Shown one piece after another: positions 26,446 through 34,951 of a stretch of 45,737 bases of DNA; position 1 is the stretch's first letter, and the number at the start of each line of letters is the position of its first letter. The stretch is from Candidatus Aenigmatarchaeota archaeon (GTDB lineage Archaea; Aenigmatarchaeota; Aenigmatarchaeia; QMZP01; JAFGSV01): contig JAGGXP010000023.1 of NCBI GenBank assembly GCA_021163005.1, forward strand, positions 1 through 45,737, in the 5' to 3' direction. The notes under the pieces were generated by a model that saw nothing but the letters and a program-made list of their open reading frames with translations, was not told the origin of the DNA and searched no databases. A program made the translations under genes and the position numbers.

Positions 26446-27273
26446 ATGAAAATTGCATACGTGGCGGCGGCTGTCGCGCTATTGCTAGTTATCGGGGGGT
26501 TTGCGGTTTCATTCCAGCCCCAGAAGCCTTTCGTGAAGGCCTTCTACGATTCAGCGCCAAGGGACAATGGCACAATAGATGCGGAAAAGCTCATCCGAAC
26601 ACTTTCCGACGGAAACGCCAACACATACAACTTCCTGATGAGGAGACCGTCTGATTTCGAATCCCTCAAAGAGCTGCTTCCACTCGCTGCTGCCAAAGAC
26701 ATAGACATCTGGGTAACGCTCATACCGCCATCCGAGCTGAGCCCGGAGCAGAGGAACGACCCTGCATACACGGACTACAATGCATGGGCAGAAAAGCTGG
26801 CGAAGCTTTCGCTTGAGCATGAAAACCTGAAGGCATGGAGCATAGACAACGTCGTGATTGACAGCACGTTCTTCACACCGCAGTACCTCGGGTCCATGCT
26901 CGGAAAGGCGAGGGATATAAGCCCGAAGCTCATGTTCATACCGGTCGTCTATTACCAGAACGTGATTTCAGACGGCTTTGCCGAGCAGGCAAAATATTTC
27001 GACGGGGTGCAGTTTTACTACATGCACTTCCCCGGCGGGCCGCCAGCGGAGTCTGATATACTGATGACCCAGCTGCAGGAGCTGAGAAAGAGATTCGGCG
27101 GCATAGTCGTGCTTGGCTTATACGCGACTCCGTGGTCTCAGGAGTTCCCGACAAGCGCTGACTATGTGCAGCAGCTTATAAACCTTGCCAGGCAACATAC
27201 AGACGGTGTGATGATTTACACACTGAATCCGGGAGCGGAAAAATTCGAGGTCATAAGGCAGGAATTCGCATGA
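26446..27273 (+). CDS. secreted/membrane-anchored protein, possibly TIM-barrel glycoside-hydrolase-like
   Basis: N-terminal signal anchor and an alternating beta/alpha pattern (IDIWVTL, AWSIDN, DGVQFYY, DGVMIY); the fold call is inference. Confidence 0.65.
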   Translation: MKIAYVAAAVALLLVIGGFAVSFQPQKPFVKAFYDSAPRDNGTIDAEKLIRTLSDGNANTYNFLMRRPSDFESLKELLPLAAAKDIDIWVTLIPPSELSPEQRNDPAYTDYNAWAEKLAKLSLEHENLKAWSIDNVVIDSTFFTPQYLGSMLGKARDISPKLMFIPVVYYQNVISDGFAEQAKYFDGVQFYYMHFPGGPPAESDILMTQLQELRKRFGGIVVLGLYATPWSQEFPTSADYVQQLINLARQHTDGVMIYTLNPGAEKFEVIRQEFA

Positions 27274-28466
27274 TTGAGATAAGGTTTGACCCCAAAAAGG
27301 GCATATGGGCAGAGAATGAGGACGCAGACAGGCTGAGGAACAACTCCTTCGGAAGACAGGAAAAGGACAAGCTGTGGCTCATGCCGGAAGAGGCGCTCTA
27401 CATTCTCGACCTGATGAACGGCAGGGCTGTGCGTGGCAAAAAGCAGGCGGGATTTGAAGACATCGTGTCCGCTTATGCAGCGAAAGACCCGAGGATACTG
27501 CTAAAATACAATGCCTACAGGGACTGGCGCGACCGCGGCCTTATAGTCAAAAGGGTTGATGACGGGATTAAGGGCAGCAGCAACAGAGCCGGGCATGTGA
27601 AGAAATATCCGTCAAAGGACATGAAGGTGGCAAAAGGCAGGGGGAAAATCCTTTGGGACGATGACTCGGCCATGGGCATCTACACAGCCGCCGACGCCAG
27701 GACGCTGTATTCGGATTGGTGGCTCGGCCAGATAGGCGTTTACAAGCAGGATAGGGGCAGCGTCCTCAAGCTCAATTTCTTCGAGGTCGTGCTGCTGTCT
27801 AAACATTTCGGCTTTAAGGTGAGGAATGCCAGGACGGGAAAGAGCATCACCGCGAAAAGGATAATGGATGAGATATCCAAGCGCAGGGAATTTGCCCGTT
27901 CAATGTACCAGGCCTACGAGGACTGGAGGATGCGCGGCTACATAGTCAAGACCGGCTTTAAGTTCGGCACCCACTTCAGGATTTACTTTCCAGAGGCATC
28001 GCCTCTCAGGGAAACGTCCAACGGAAAATGGATCCACTCCAAGCATGTCCTTCACATATTTCCCAAGGAAGAGAAGTTGCTGATTTCAGAATGGGCGAGG
28101 GCCGTGCGCGTTGCTCATGGTGTCAGAAAGACTTTCATACTGGGTGTGCCGAAGATAACGAAAAAGGATTGTGTGGACTACCCGGCAGACTTTGTGGCGT
28201 TCAGGCGCAAGAAGAAGGGCAAGGACTGGGTGAGGGAGGCGCCGCCGAAGGACAGGCCGAGGTATCTTCTTGCAGACCTGAGCGAGGAAGAGCACATAGG
28301 CGGCATTGAGCTGGCATCGCTTCTCGCCAAGGCAGGGGGCATGAATCTCAATCTCATACTTTCCATAACAGACAGGGAAACTGCCATAACCTACTACGCG
28401 CTCAACAAGATAAAGATACAGGGCGCGAAGTTCGACTACTACGAGATAGAGTGGCTGAGGCCCTGA
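27270..28466 (+). CDS. endA: tRNA splicing endonuclease, three-unit epsilon2-type
   Basis: 398 aa. Duplicated N-subdomain (PEEALY..YRDWRDRG), a full catalytic unit (KTGFKFGTHFRIY, HS, VAHGVRK) and a beta-type C-terminus ending EIEWLRP; inserted loop WWLGQIGVYKQ. Confidence 0.92.
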   Translation: MIEIRFDPKKGIWAENEDADRLRNNSFGRQEKDKLWLMPEEALYILDLMNGRAVRGKKQAGFEDIVSAYAAKDPRILLKYNAYRDWRDRGLIVKRVDDGIKGSSNRAGHVKKYPSKDMKVAKGRGKILWDDDSAMGIYTAADARTLYSDWWLGQIGVYKQDRGSVLKLNFFEVVLLSKHFGFKVRNARTGKSITAKRIMDEISKRREFARSMYQAYEDWRMRGYIVKTGFKFGTHFRIYFPEASPLRETSNGKWIHSKHVLHIFPKEEKLLISEWARAVRVAHGVRKTFILGVPKITKKDCVDYPADFVAFRRKKKGKDWVREAPPKDRPRYLLADLSEEEHIGGIELASLLAKAGGMNLNLILSITDRETAITYYALNKIKIQGAKFDYYEIEWLRP

Positions 28467-28474
28467 ACCGGTAA

Positions 28475-28575
28475 GTGCCTAAAGACGACTTTGTCCACAC
28501 TGCGCATGTCGTCGGTGTGCGTTTCTGTTCGATTTTGTCCGTTCCGTATATGTCGTCGGTGTGCGTTTCTGTTCG
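28475..28575 (-). repeat. two copies of the tRNA-Lys intron hairpin unit (26-nt exact direct repeat at 28506-28531 and 28550-28575)
   Basis: Reverse complement CGAACAGAAACGCACACCGACGAC...GGACAAAGTCGTCTTTAGGCAC aligns with 4337-4393 and 4552-4651. Confidence 0.9.
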
Positions 28576-28629
28576 TCCCCTTCAGTTTTACGCGTCAGCG
28601 GAAAACAGGCTTACTGTTCTCGCAGTTTC

Positions 28630-28684
28630 AAGACAAATGTCTTAATTTTTAATACGAAATACATTTAAAGACAAATGCCTTAAT
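28630..28684. promoter_or_regulatory. two palindromic operator-like boxes AAGACA-AA-TG(T/C)CTT flanking the TATA box of the HEPN-like/MNT pair
   Basis: AAGACAAATGTCTTAAT at 28630-28646 and AAGACAAATGCCTTAAT at 28668-28684. Confidence 0.55.
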
Positions 28685-28691
28685 AACATTC

Positions 28692-29105
28692 ATGAAATAC
28701 GAAAAACACCGCGAGGCTCTGAAGGAGGTAATGGATACCATAAGCAAGGCACTTGACGATCCGGAAGGGCTGACGGGCCACCAGAGAAGAATCATTTCCA
28801 TGCTCTCCATGGGAACGGCGCAACTGGTCGAGATGTATCTCCACAAGCTCAGGGTAATGAAGCCCGGCGGGCAGGTAAAGCACGACTGGTTCAAACAAAA
28901 CGAGAGGAACATCAGACTAAAGCTTTCGCCGCTTCTGACTACAAGAATAACGGAGATTCCGCAAATGAACGAAATATTGTACATGGCTTCCGAGATAGAG
29001 AAGAACAGGGATGAGATATTCTACGGCTCGCCGCTTCCGACTGACAGGCTGCTCAAGGAGAAGATAGAGACTTTCCTTGAGCTCAAGAAACTCGTGGGTG
29101 AGTAG
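28692..29105 (+). CDS. HEPN-like protein (putative toxin)
   Basis: All-alpha 137 aa with an R-x4-Y motif (RDEIFY); adjacent to an MNT gene. Confidence 0.6.
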   Translation: MKYEKHREALKEVMDTISKALDDPEGLTGHQRRIISMLSMGTAQLVEMYLHKLRVMKPGGQVKHDWFKQNERNIRLKLSPLLTTRITEIPQMNEILYMASEIEKNRDEIFYGSPLPTDRLLKEKIETFLELKKLVGE

Positions 29106-29714
29106 GTGGAAAGGAAGAAATATGCAATCATCGCAGCGGCTTTCATCATGAACAGGCTGCCTTCGCGGCAGTTCAAAAAACTGAGAAACGTCATCCTTTT
29201 CGGCTCTGTTGCCATGGATACGGGAAGCGATGAAAGCGATATAGACCTTTTTTTCGACCTGGATGCGACACAGAGAGAAACCGCTTCTGTTAAGGACGTG
29301 CTCGAAAAGGCTGCTGACGAATTCTGTCTTAGTGCAGAGGCCCTGAAATTCAAAATGGCAGGGATAGACAATCCCGTATCGGTCCATGCCGGCAGGCTGG
29401 AAGAGTGGGAAAATCTGAAGCCGTCCATAGAAAGCACGGGCATCCTGCTCTACGGAAAATACGTGCCGGAGGGGAGGTCCCAGAAGAGATATGCCATTTT
29501 CTACTGGGACAGGCTGAAAACACCTCTGCGCGGTGCTTTCCTTAACAAGGTCTACGGATATACGGCTGGCGGCAGGCACTATTCAGGATTTGCAGAAAGG
29601 CTCGGCGGGATGAGAATAGGCAAGAGCGCCGTAATGGTTCCTCTCAGAAGAAAAACCGAATTCGTCTCACTGCTCGAAAAGTACGGCATAGATTACAGGA
29701 CAGTGGAAGTTTAG
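29106..29714 (+). CDS. minimal nucleotidyltransferase (MNT) with extra C-terminal domain
   Basis: ILFGSVA...SDIDLF motif; C-terminal GGMRIGKSAVMVP segment. Confidence 0.85.
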   Translation: MERKKYAIIAAAFIMNRLPSRQFKKLRNVILFGSVAMDTGSDESDIDLFFDLDATQRETASVKDVLEKAADEFCLSAEALKFKMAGIDNPVSVHAGRLEEWENLKPSIESTGILLYGKYVPEGRSQKRYAIFYWDRLKTPLRGAFLNKVYGYTAGGRHYSGFAERLGGMRIGKSAVMVPLRRKTEFVSLLEKYGIDYRTVEV

Positions 29715-29871
29715 TCGTTATATTCCGTTCCCCCTAAAACGCTTCCTCATCTGAGCCTGTCTGGTACTTGCCTTTTGCTGTGTGCTCTCCGGCAAAAACA
29801 TGACAATCGACGAGTAGATATGGCAACATTTTTAAGCATACGCGTTTGTTTTAGGTAATATTGGTGTTATC

Positions 29872-31611
29872 ATGCAGCCCGAGGAAGCAGGCACATCCGG
29901 TTTCACAGTGAGGTCTGTGTCGATTGCGCTGGTTCTGACGGTTTTCCTTCTCGTGATTTCGAGCTACATAGCGCTGAAGATAGGCGCGCTGCCGTGGCCC
30001 ATAATATTCAGTGCAGTAGCCGCTGGCGCGCTGCTCCAGATGTTCTCAAGGTTCGGCCGCAGGACAACGAAGCATGAGATGAATGTCGCGCAGGCCGGCG
30101 GAACCATAGGCGGGCTGGTGGCTTCGGGTGTTGTCTTCACCATACCCGGGATACTCTACCTGCAGTCGCAGGGCATCGCTGTCTCCATGCCGGGAGCGCT
30201 GTCGCTTGCGGCTGTATGCGTGACAGCCGGCGTCATGGGTGTGCTGCTGTCAGTCCCCATGAGGCGCGTGTTCGTGGATGAGGAGAACCTGCCTTATCCA
30301 AGCGGAACAGCCGGCGCAGAGGTCGTGAAGGCCGAGTCGGGCATAGGCAGGAGCACCTTCTTCCTTGCGCTCGCGCTTTCTCTCACAGGCATGTTCGTGC
30401 TGCTCAGGGAAATGTGGTTCCCGGCAGGATGGTCGCTTCCGCTGGCACCGGAAATCGGGCTCACCCTTGCGCTTTATCCCATGCCGCTGGCTATCGGGAT
30501 AGGATACCTGCTGGGACCGAAGGCTGCTGTGAATTCATGGTTCGGCGGCTCGTTCATTGGATGGATGGTGCTGATTCCACTGATGGCTCTGGCAGGGATC
30601 GCCGCGCCCGCCGTAGGCGCAGGCATAATGCAGAACGCAGGCATGGGCATTGTGATAGGCTCAGGAATAGGCTTCTTCGCGTCCTATGTCATCCCAAGGG
30701 CCGGAAGGATATTCAGGCCTCTTTTCAGGTTCCGCGGCATGCCATGGTATACACGGAGCACGCCGATTTTCTCTGTCATAGCCTTCGCCGTGCTCTCGGC
30801 AGCCGGCATAAACCCCCTCGGCGCAGCAGTGGCTGTGCTCGGCGTCTGGGTGATGGTCAGCGTGACAGCCATGATGACTGGCGAGACTGACATAGATCCA
30901 CTGGAGCAGTTCGGGATAATCATAGGACTTGTTGCAATGGAACTGTTCGCGCTGCTCGGCATGCAGCTTGACTACCTCTCGGCGTTCATGATAGTCGCAT
31001 TCGTTTCAATAGCGTCCGCAGTGGCAGGCGACATAGGTCACGACTACAAGTCAGCGAAGATACTCGGGACAAAGCCAAAGGACATCATAAAGGTTGACAT
31101 GATTGCCGCAGTGGCAGCCGGCCTGCTGGCGCCCTTTGTGCTCAGCATTATAGTCGGCGCGTACGGCCCGGAATTCTTCACGCCTTCCATGCCGGCGCCG
31201 CAGGCGCAGATGGTCGCTGGTTCCATCTTCGGCTTCGCCCATCCGCTGGCGTTCCTGGCAGGATTCGTGTTTGCCTTCGTCTGGGTAGTGGCTGAGACAC
31301 TGACAAAGCGGCATGCTCCAATCCTTCCGATGGTATTCGGCATCGGCCTGTTCCTCGGCATGGTCCTTGGCATCCTCCTTGCCATAGGCGGTCTTGTAAG
31401 GTACTGGACTGACAGGAAGTATGCAGGCATCTACACATCAGCAGGCATCATAACCGCGGCAGGCATAATGGGAGGAGAAGGCATAGCCGGCCTCGGCTAC
31501 AAATCCATGCTCGTCGCTGGTATGGAACCGGCATCATCCATTGTATTATTGATGCCCGTTTTCATCATCGTTCTCGGGGCTTCTCTTGCATTAAGAAAGA
31601 GGATGTTATGA
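29872..31611 (+). CDS. OPT-family oligopeptide transporter
   Basis: Many TM helices; YIALKIG, NLPYPSGTAGAEV, AGDIGHDYKS, PAPQA, GIMGGEG. Confidence 0.88.
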   Translation: MQPEEAGTSGFTVRSVSIALVLTVFLLVISSYIALKIGALPWPIIFSAVAAGALLQMFSRFGRRTTKHEMNVAQAGGTIGGLVASGVVFTIPGILYLQSQGIAVSMPGALSLAAVCVTAGVMGVLLSVPMRRVFVDEENLPYPSGTAGAEVVKAESGIGRSTFFLALALSLTGMFVLLREMWFPAGWSLPLAPEIGLTLALYPMPLAIGIGYLLGPKAAVNSWFGGSFIGWMVLIPLMALAGIAAPAVGAGIMQNAGMGIVIGSGIGFFASYVIPRAGRIFRPLFRFRGMPWYTRSTPIFSVIAFAVLSAAGINPLGAAVAVLGVWVMVSVTAMMTGETDIDPLEQFGIIIGLVAMELFALLGMQLDYLSAFMIVAFVSIASAVAGDIGHDYKSAKILGTKPKDIIKVDMIAAVAAGLLAPFVLSIIVGAYGPEFFTPSMPAPQAQMVAGSIFGFAHPLAFLAGFVFAFVWVVAETLTKRHAPILPMVFGIGLFLGMVLGILLAIGGLVRYWTDRKYAGIYTSAGIITAAGIMGGEGIAGLGYKSMLVAGMEPASSIVLLMPVFIIVLGASLALRKRML

Positions 31612-32393
31612 TAATAGGCATAGACATAGGGGGGACAAATACCCAGGGTGTGCTTTTCGAACGCGGGAAACTCAAAGCCAAACGTTCCGTCGAAGGCAAC
31701 AAGCTGAAGCATGCCCTTGAATGCTACCGGTTTCTCGAAAAGAAGGCCTCAGGCAGGTGCAGAGTGGTGCTGACAGGCGGCGGCTCGAGGAAGATAAGGA
31801 AGCGCGACTTTCCTGTGCCGTTCAGAAAGGTCGGCGAGATTCAGGCCCTGGGAAAAGGCGGGCAGTACCTCTCCGGAAGGGGCAGCATATTCGTGGTGAG
31901 CATAGGCACAGGCACGGCATTCGTGTCCGTGAAGAACGGCAGGGCGCGCCACCTCGGCGGGACAGGAGTAGGAGGCGGAACATTCTACGGACTGTCCAAG
32001 CTGCTCATCGGCAGGGATCCGGACAGCACAGAGAGAATGGCGCGCAGGGGAACGGGAAAGCACGACCTGACTGTCGGTGACATAGTGGGCTCAGGCATAG
32101 GCAGGATACCTGCAAAAGCGACAGCCTCCAACTTCGGCAGGGCTTCGGCTTCTTACGGAAAGAAAGAGCTTGCCCACAGCACGCTCAAGATGATAGGCGA
32201 AACCATAGGCGTCATGTCCTATTTTGCCGCAAAGACAGTGGGGCAGGAAAAAAACATAATGCTATGCGGCAGGGTGTCGCTGAACCCGCTTGTCAAGAAA
32301 TTCATAAGGGACACAGCAAAGCTCATGGGAGCGAAGGCCGAATTCCCGGAAAACGCGGAATACTGCGCCGCCATAGGCGCCGCGCTGCTGTAA
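31608..32393 (+). CDS. coaW: type II pantothenate kinase (CoaW/Fumble-like)
   Basis: GIDIGGT, LTGGGS, E..ALGKG, VSIGTGT, GGTGVGGGTFYGL, DLTVGDI, ASNFG, AIGA. Confidence 0.85.
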   Translation: MIIGIDIGGTNTQGVLFERGKLKAKRSVEGNKLKHALECYRFLEKKASGRCRVVLTGGGSRKIRKRDFPVPFRKVGEIQALGKGGQYLSGRGSIFVVSIGTGTAFVSVKNGRARHLGGTGVGGGTFYGLSKLLIGRDPDSTERMARRGTGKHDLTVGDIVGSGIGRIPAKATASNFGRASASYGKKELAHSTLKMIGETIGVMSYFAAKTVGQEKNIMLCGRVSLNPLVKKFIRDTAKLMGAKAEFPENAEYCAAIGAALL

Positions 32394-32428
32394 CAGTTAA
32401 TTTTAAAGCATCAAACCAATTCTAAAGC

Positions 32429-34906
32429 ATGGTCAGGTTCTTCATTCTTGATGTGCAGCAGTCAGGCCCCGGGAAGTCCGAGGTCATGCTCTGGGGAAAG
32501 ACGGAAAAAGGCGAGCCCGTGCTTGTCATAGACCGGTCTTTCCGGCCGTACTTCTTTGTGGAATACAGGGAAGGCATGAGCAGGCAGGAAGTCGATGACC
32601 TTAAGAAGAGGCTGTCATCCCTCTCGCTTGAAGGCAGGATGCCGGAGAAGGTGGAAGAGGAGGAAAGGACGCTGTTCGGGACTGAGAAGCGCCTGCTCAG
32701 GATAAATGTTTCCACTCCTTCTGATGTCATACGCTTCAGGGACGCTGTCAAGGAATGGAAGGACGTGAAGGCGAAGTACGAGCATTCCATAACATTCTAC
32801 AGGCGCTACCTCATCGACAGGGATGTCCGGCCGCTGAGGTGGGCAGTTGCAGAGGGGCGGGAAGAGACCGGAGGTGAATACCCGGTTGTCTATGCAGATT
32901 CCATAGCCCCTGACGCCGGCGAGGAATACCCGAAACTGTCGCTGATGGCGCTGGACATAGAGCTCGTCGAGGAGGAAGGAGAGGAGAGGATAATCATGGT
33001 TTCCCTGAAGGACAACAAAGGATTCAGGAAGGTCATAAGCTGGAAGAAGGCTGATATAGACTACCTTGAGGTTGTCAGGGACGAGAAGGAGCTCATACAA
33101 ATGCTTCAGGATGTGGTGCGCAGCAGGAACCCCGATATAATAGCCACATACAACGGCGACAGCTTTGACATGAAAATACTCAACCAGAGGGCGGCCAAGC
33201 ACGGCATTGAACTTGCTCTGGGAAGGACGGGCAGGAACATACTGTTCAAAAGGAGGGGAAGGGTGTATGCAGCCTGGCTTGAGGGCAGGGTGCACATAGA
33301 CCTCTTCAGGTTCGTCTACAACATACTTTCAGACACGCTGTCGAGCGACTCACTGACACTTGACAGTGTGTCAAGGGAACTCATAGGAAGGGGCAAACGC
33401 AGAATGGAATGGGACGAGCTCCAGAAGGCATGGGAGGAAAGCAAGGGCATAGAGCGCATAATAAAGTACTGCATGACCGACTCCGAGCTTGCCCTGTCGC
33501 TCGTGAAGCTGCTCCTCCCGCAGATGATAGAGATGTGCAGGGTCGTCAACCAGGGGCTCTTCGACACATCGAGGATGACGTATTCCCAGCTCGTGGAATG
33601 GCTGCTCATGAAGGAGTCGAGAAAGACGACGGAGCTCATCCCCAACAGGCCGAAATACGAGGTCATCCAGATAAGGCGCAGGGCGGCCCCGTACACAGGC
33701 GGCTACGTTTACCCACCGAAGAGCGGCATACACAGGAACATCGCACTCTTCGACTTCATGTCGCTGTATCCGAGCATAACAATAACGCACAATGTGTCTC
33801 CGGAGACGCTCTACTGCCACTGCTGCAAGGATAAAGACAAAAAGTCTGTCCACCGGGTCCCGGGGCTCGACTACTACTATTGCAGGAAGCATGAGGGATT
33901 CGTGTCAGGTGTCCTGAAGCGCGTGGTGAAGATGAGGAAAGAGATAAGGAAGCGCATGGAGGGCATGGACAGGGATTCCGAGGAGTACAGGATGCTGGAC
34001 AGCAGGCAGTACGCGCTCAAGATACTTGCAAACGCAAGCTACGGATACTACGGATACGCAGGGTCGCGCTGGTATTCAAGGGTATGCGCGCAGAGCATAA
34101 CCGCCTGGGGAAGGTATTACATACAGAAGGTCATAAGGAAGGCCGAGAAGCTGGGATATGAGGTGATTTACGGCGACACAGATTCGCTCTTTGTGAAGGT
34201 GAAATCCAGAAAGGACGCGCTCAGGATTCTTGACGAGTTCAACAACAGCCTGCCGGGTTCAATGGAGCTGGACTTCCAGGGGCTGTACAAGGCCGGGATA
34301 TTCGTCCCGGCAAAGACCGGGCTTGCTGCCAAGAAAAGGTATGCGCTCGTGGATGACACAGGGGAAATGACCATAAGGGGGTTCGAGATAGTCAGGAGGG
34401 ACTGGTCGCCTGTTGCGAGGGAAACACAGGAGAAGATTCTCAGCGCCATACTGAAGGACGGCTCGGGGGACGAGGCGCTCGAAATCGCCCGGAAGACCGT
34501 CGGAAGGATAAGCAAGGGGAGGATCGACATAAAGAAGATGGTGATACATACCCAGCTGACGAGGCCGCTGAAGGCCTACGAGCAGGTGGGCCCCCATGTC
34601 GTGGCCGCGAGGAAGGCGGCAGGCAGGGGAAGGCCGATTGCCCAGGGCTCCATGATATCGTATGTCATAACCCCCGGGAAGGGCAGCATATCCGAAAGGG
34701 CAGAGCCCGCCGAGGACGCGCAGGAGTATGACCCCGAATACTACATAAACAACCAGGTTGTGCCGGCTGCCCTCAGGGTGCTTTCAGCGCTCGGATACAC
34801 AGAGGAAGATATCACAGAAAGCGAGGACTCGCAGGCGTCTCTCCAGTCATTCATGAAGAAGTCCATAAGGGACAGGATAAAAAGGGGTATGAAAGCCGGC
34901 AGATGA
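32429..34906 (+). CDS. polB: family B DNA polymerase
   Basis: Exonuclease motifs DIE, YNGDSFD, YCMTD; polymerase motifs DFMSLYPS, KILANASYGY, YGDTDS, KKRYA. Confidence 0.97.
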   Translation: MVRFFILDVQQSGPGKSEVMLWGKTEKGEPVLVIDRSFRPYFFVEYREGMSRQEVDDLKKRLSSLSLEGRMPEKVEEEERTLFGTEKRLLRINVSTPSDVIRFRDAVKEWKDVKAKYEHSITFYRRYLIDRDVRPLRWAVAEGREETGGEYPVVYADSIAPDAGEEYPKLSLMALDIELVEEEGEERIIMVSLKDNKGFRKVISWKKADIDYLEVVRDEKELIQMLQDVVRSRNPDIIATYNGDSFDMKILNQRAAKHGIELALGRTGRNILFKRRGRVYAAWLEGRVHIDLFRFVYNILSDTLSSDSLTLDSVSRELIGRGKRRMEWDELQKAWEESKGIERIIKYCMTDSELALSLVKLLLPQMIEMCRVVNQGLFDTSRMTYSQLVEWLLMKESRKTTELIPNRPKYEVIQIRRRAAPYTGGYVYPPKSGIHRNIALFDFMSLYPSITITHNVSPETLYCHCCKDKDKKSVHRVPGLDYYYCRKHEGFVSGVLKRVVKMRKEIRKRMEGMDRDSEEYRMLDSRQYALKILANASYGYYGYAGSRWYSRVCAQSITAWGRYYIQKVIRKAEKLGYEVIYGDTDSLFVKVKSRKDALRILDEFNNSLPGSMELDFQGLYKAGIFVPAKTGLAAKKRYALVDDTGEMTIRGFEIVRRDWSPVARETQEKILSAILKDGSGDEALEIARKTVGRISKGRIDIKKMVIHTQLTRPLKAYEQVGPHVVAARKAAGRGRPIAQGSMISYVITPGKGSISERAEPAEDAQEYDPEYYINNQVVPAALRVLSALGYTEEDITESEDSQASLQSFMKKSIRDRIKRGMKAGR

Positions 34907-34951
34907 AAGATTTTTATGCAGCGCCGTCAATTAGATACAAGAGGTGGTTTG

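Noticed and set aside
28506-28575. Possible mini CRISPR array (26-nt repeat twice)
   Set aside because: Only two copies, an 18-nt spacer that is itself homologous to the unit loop, and no cas genes in the window. Better explained as the intron-type hairpin unit.
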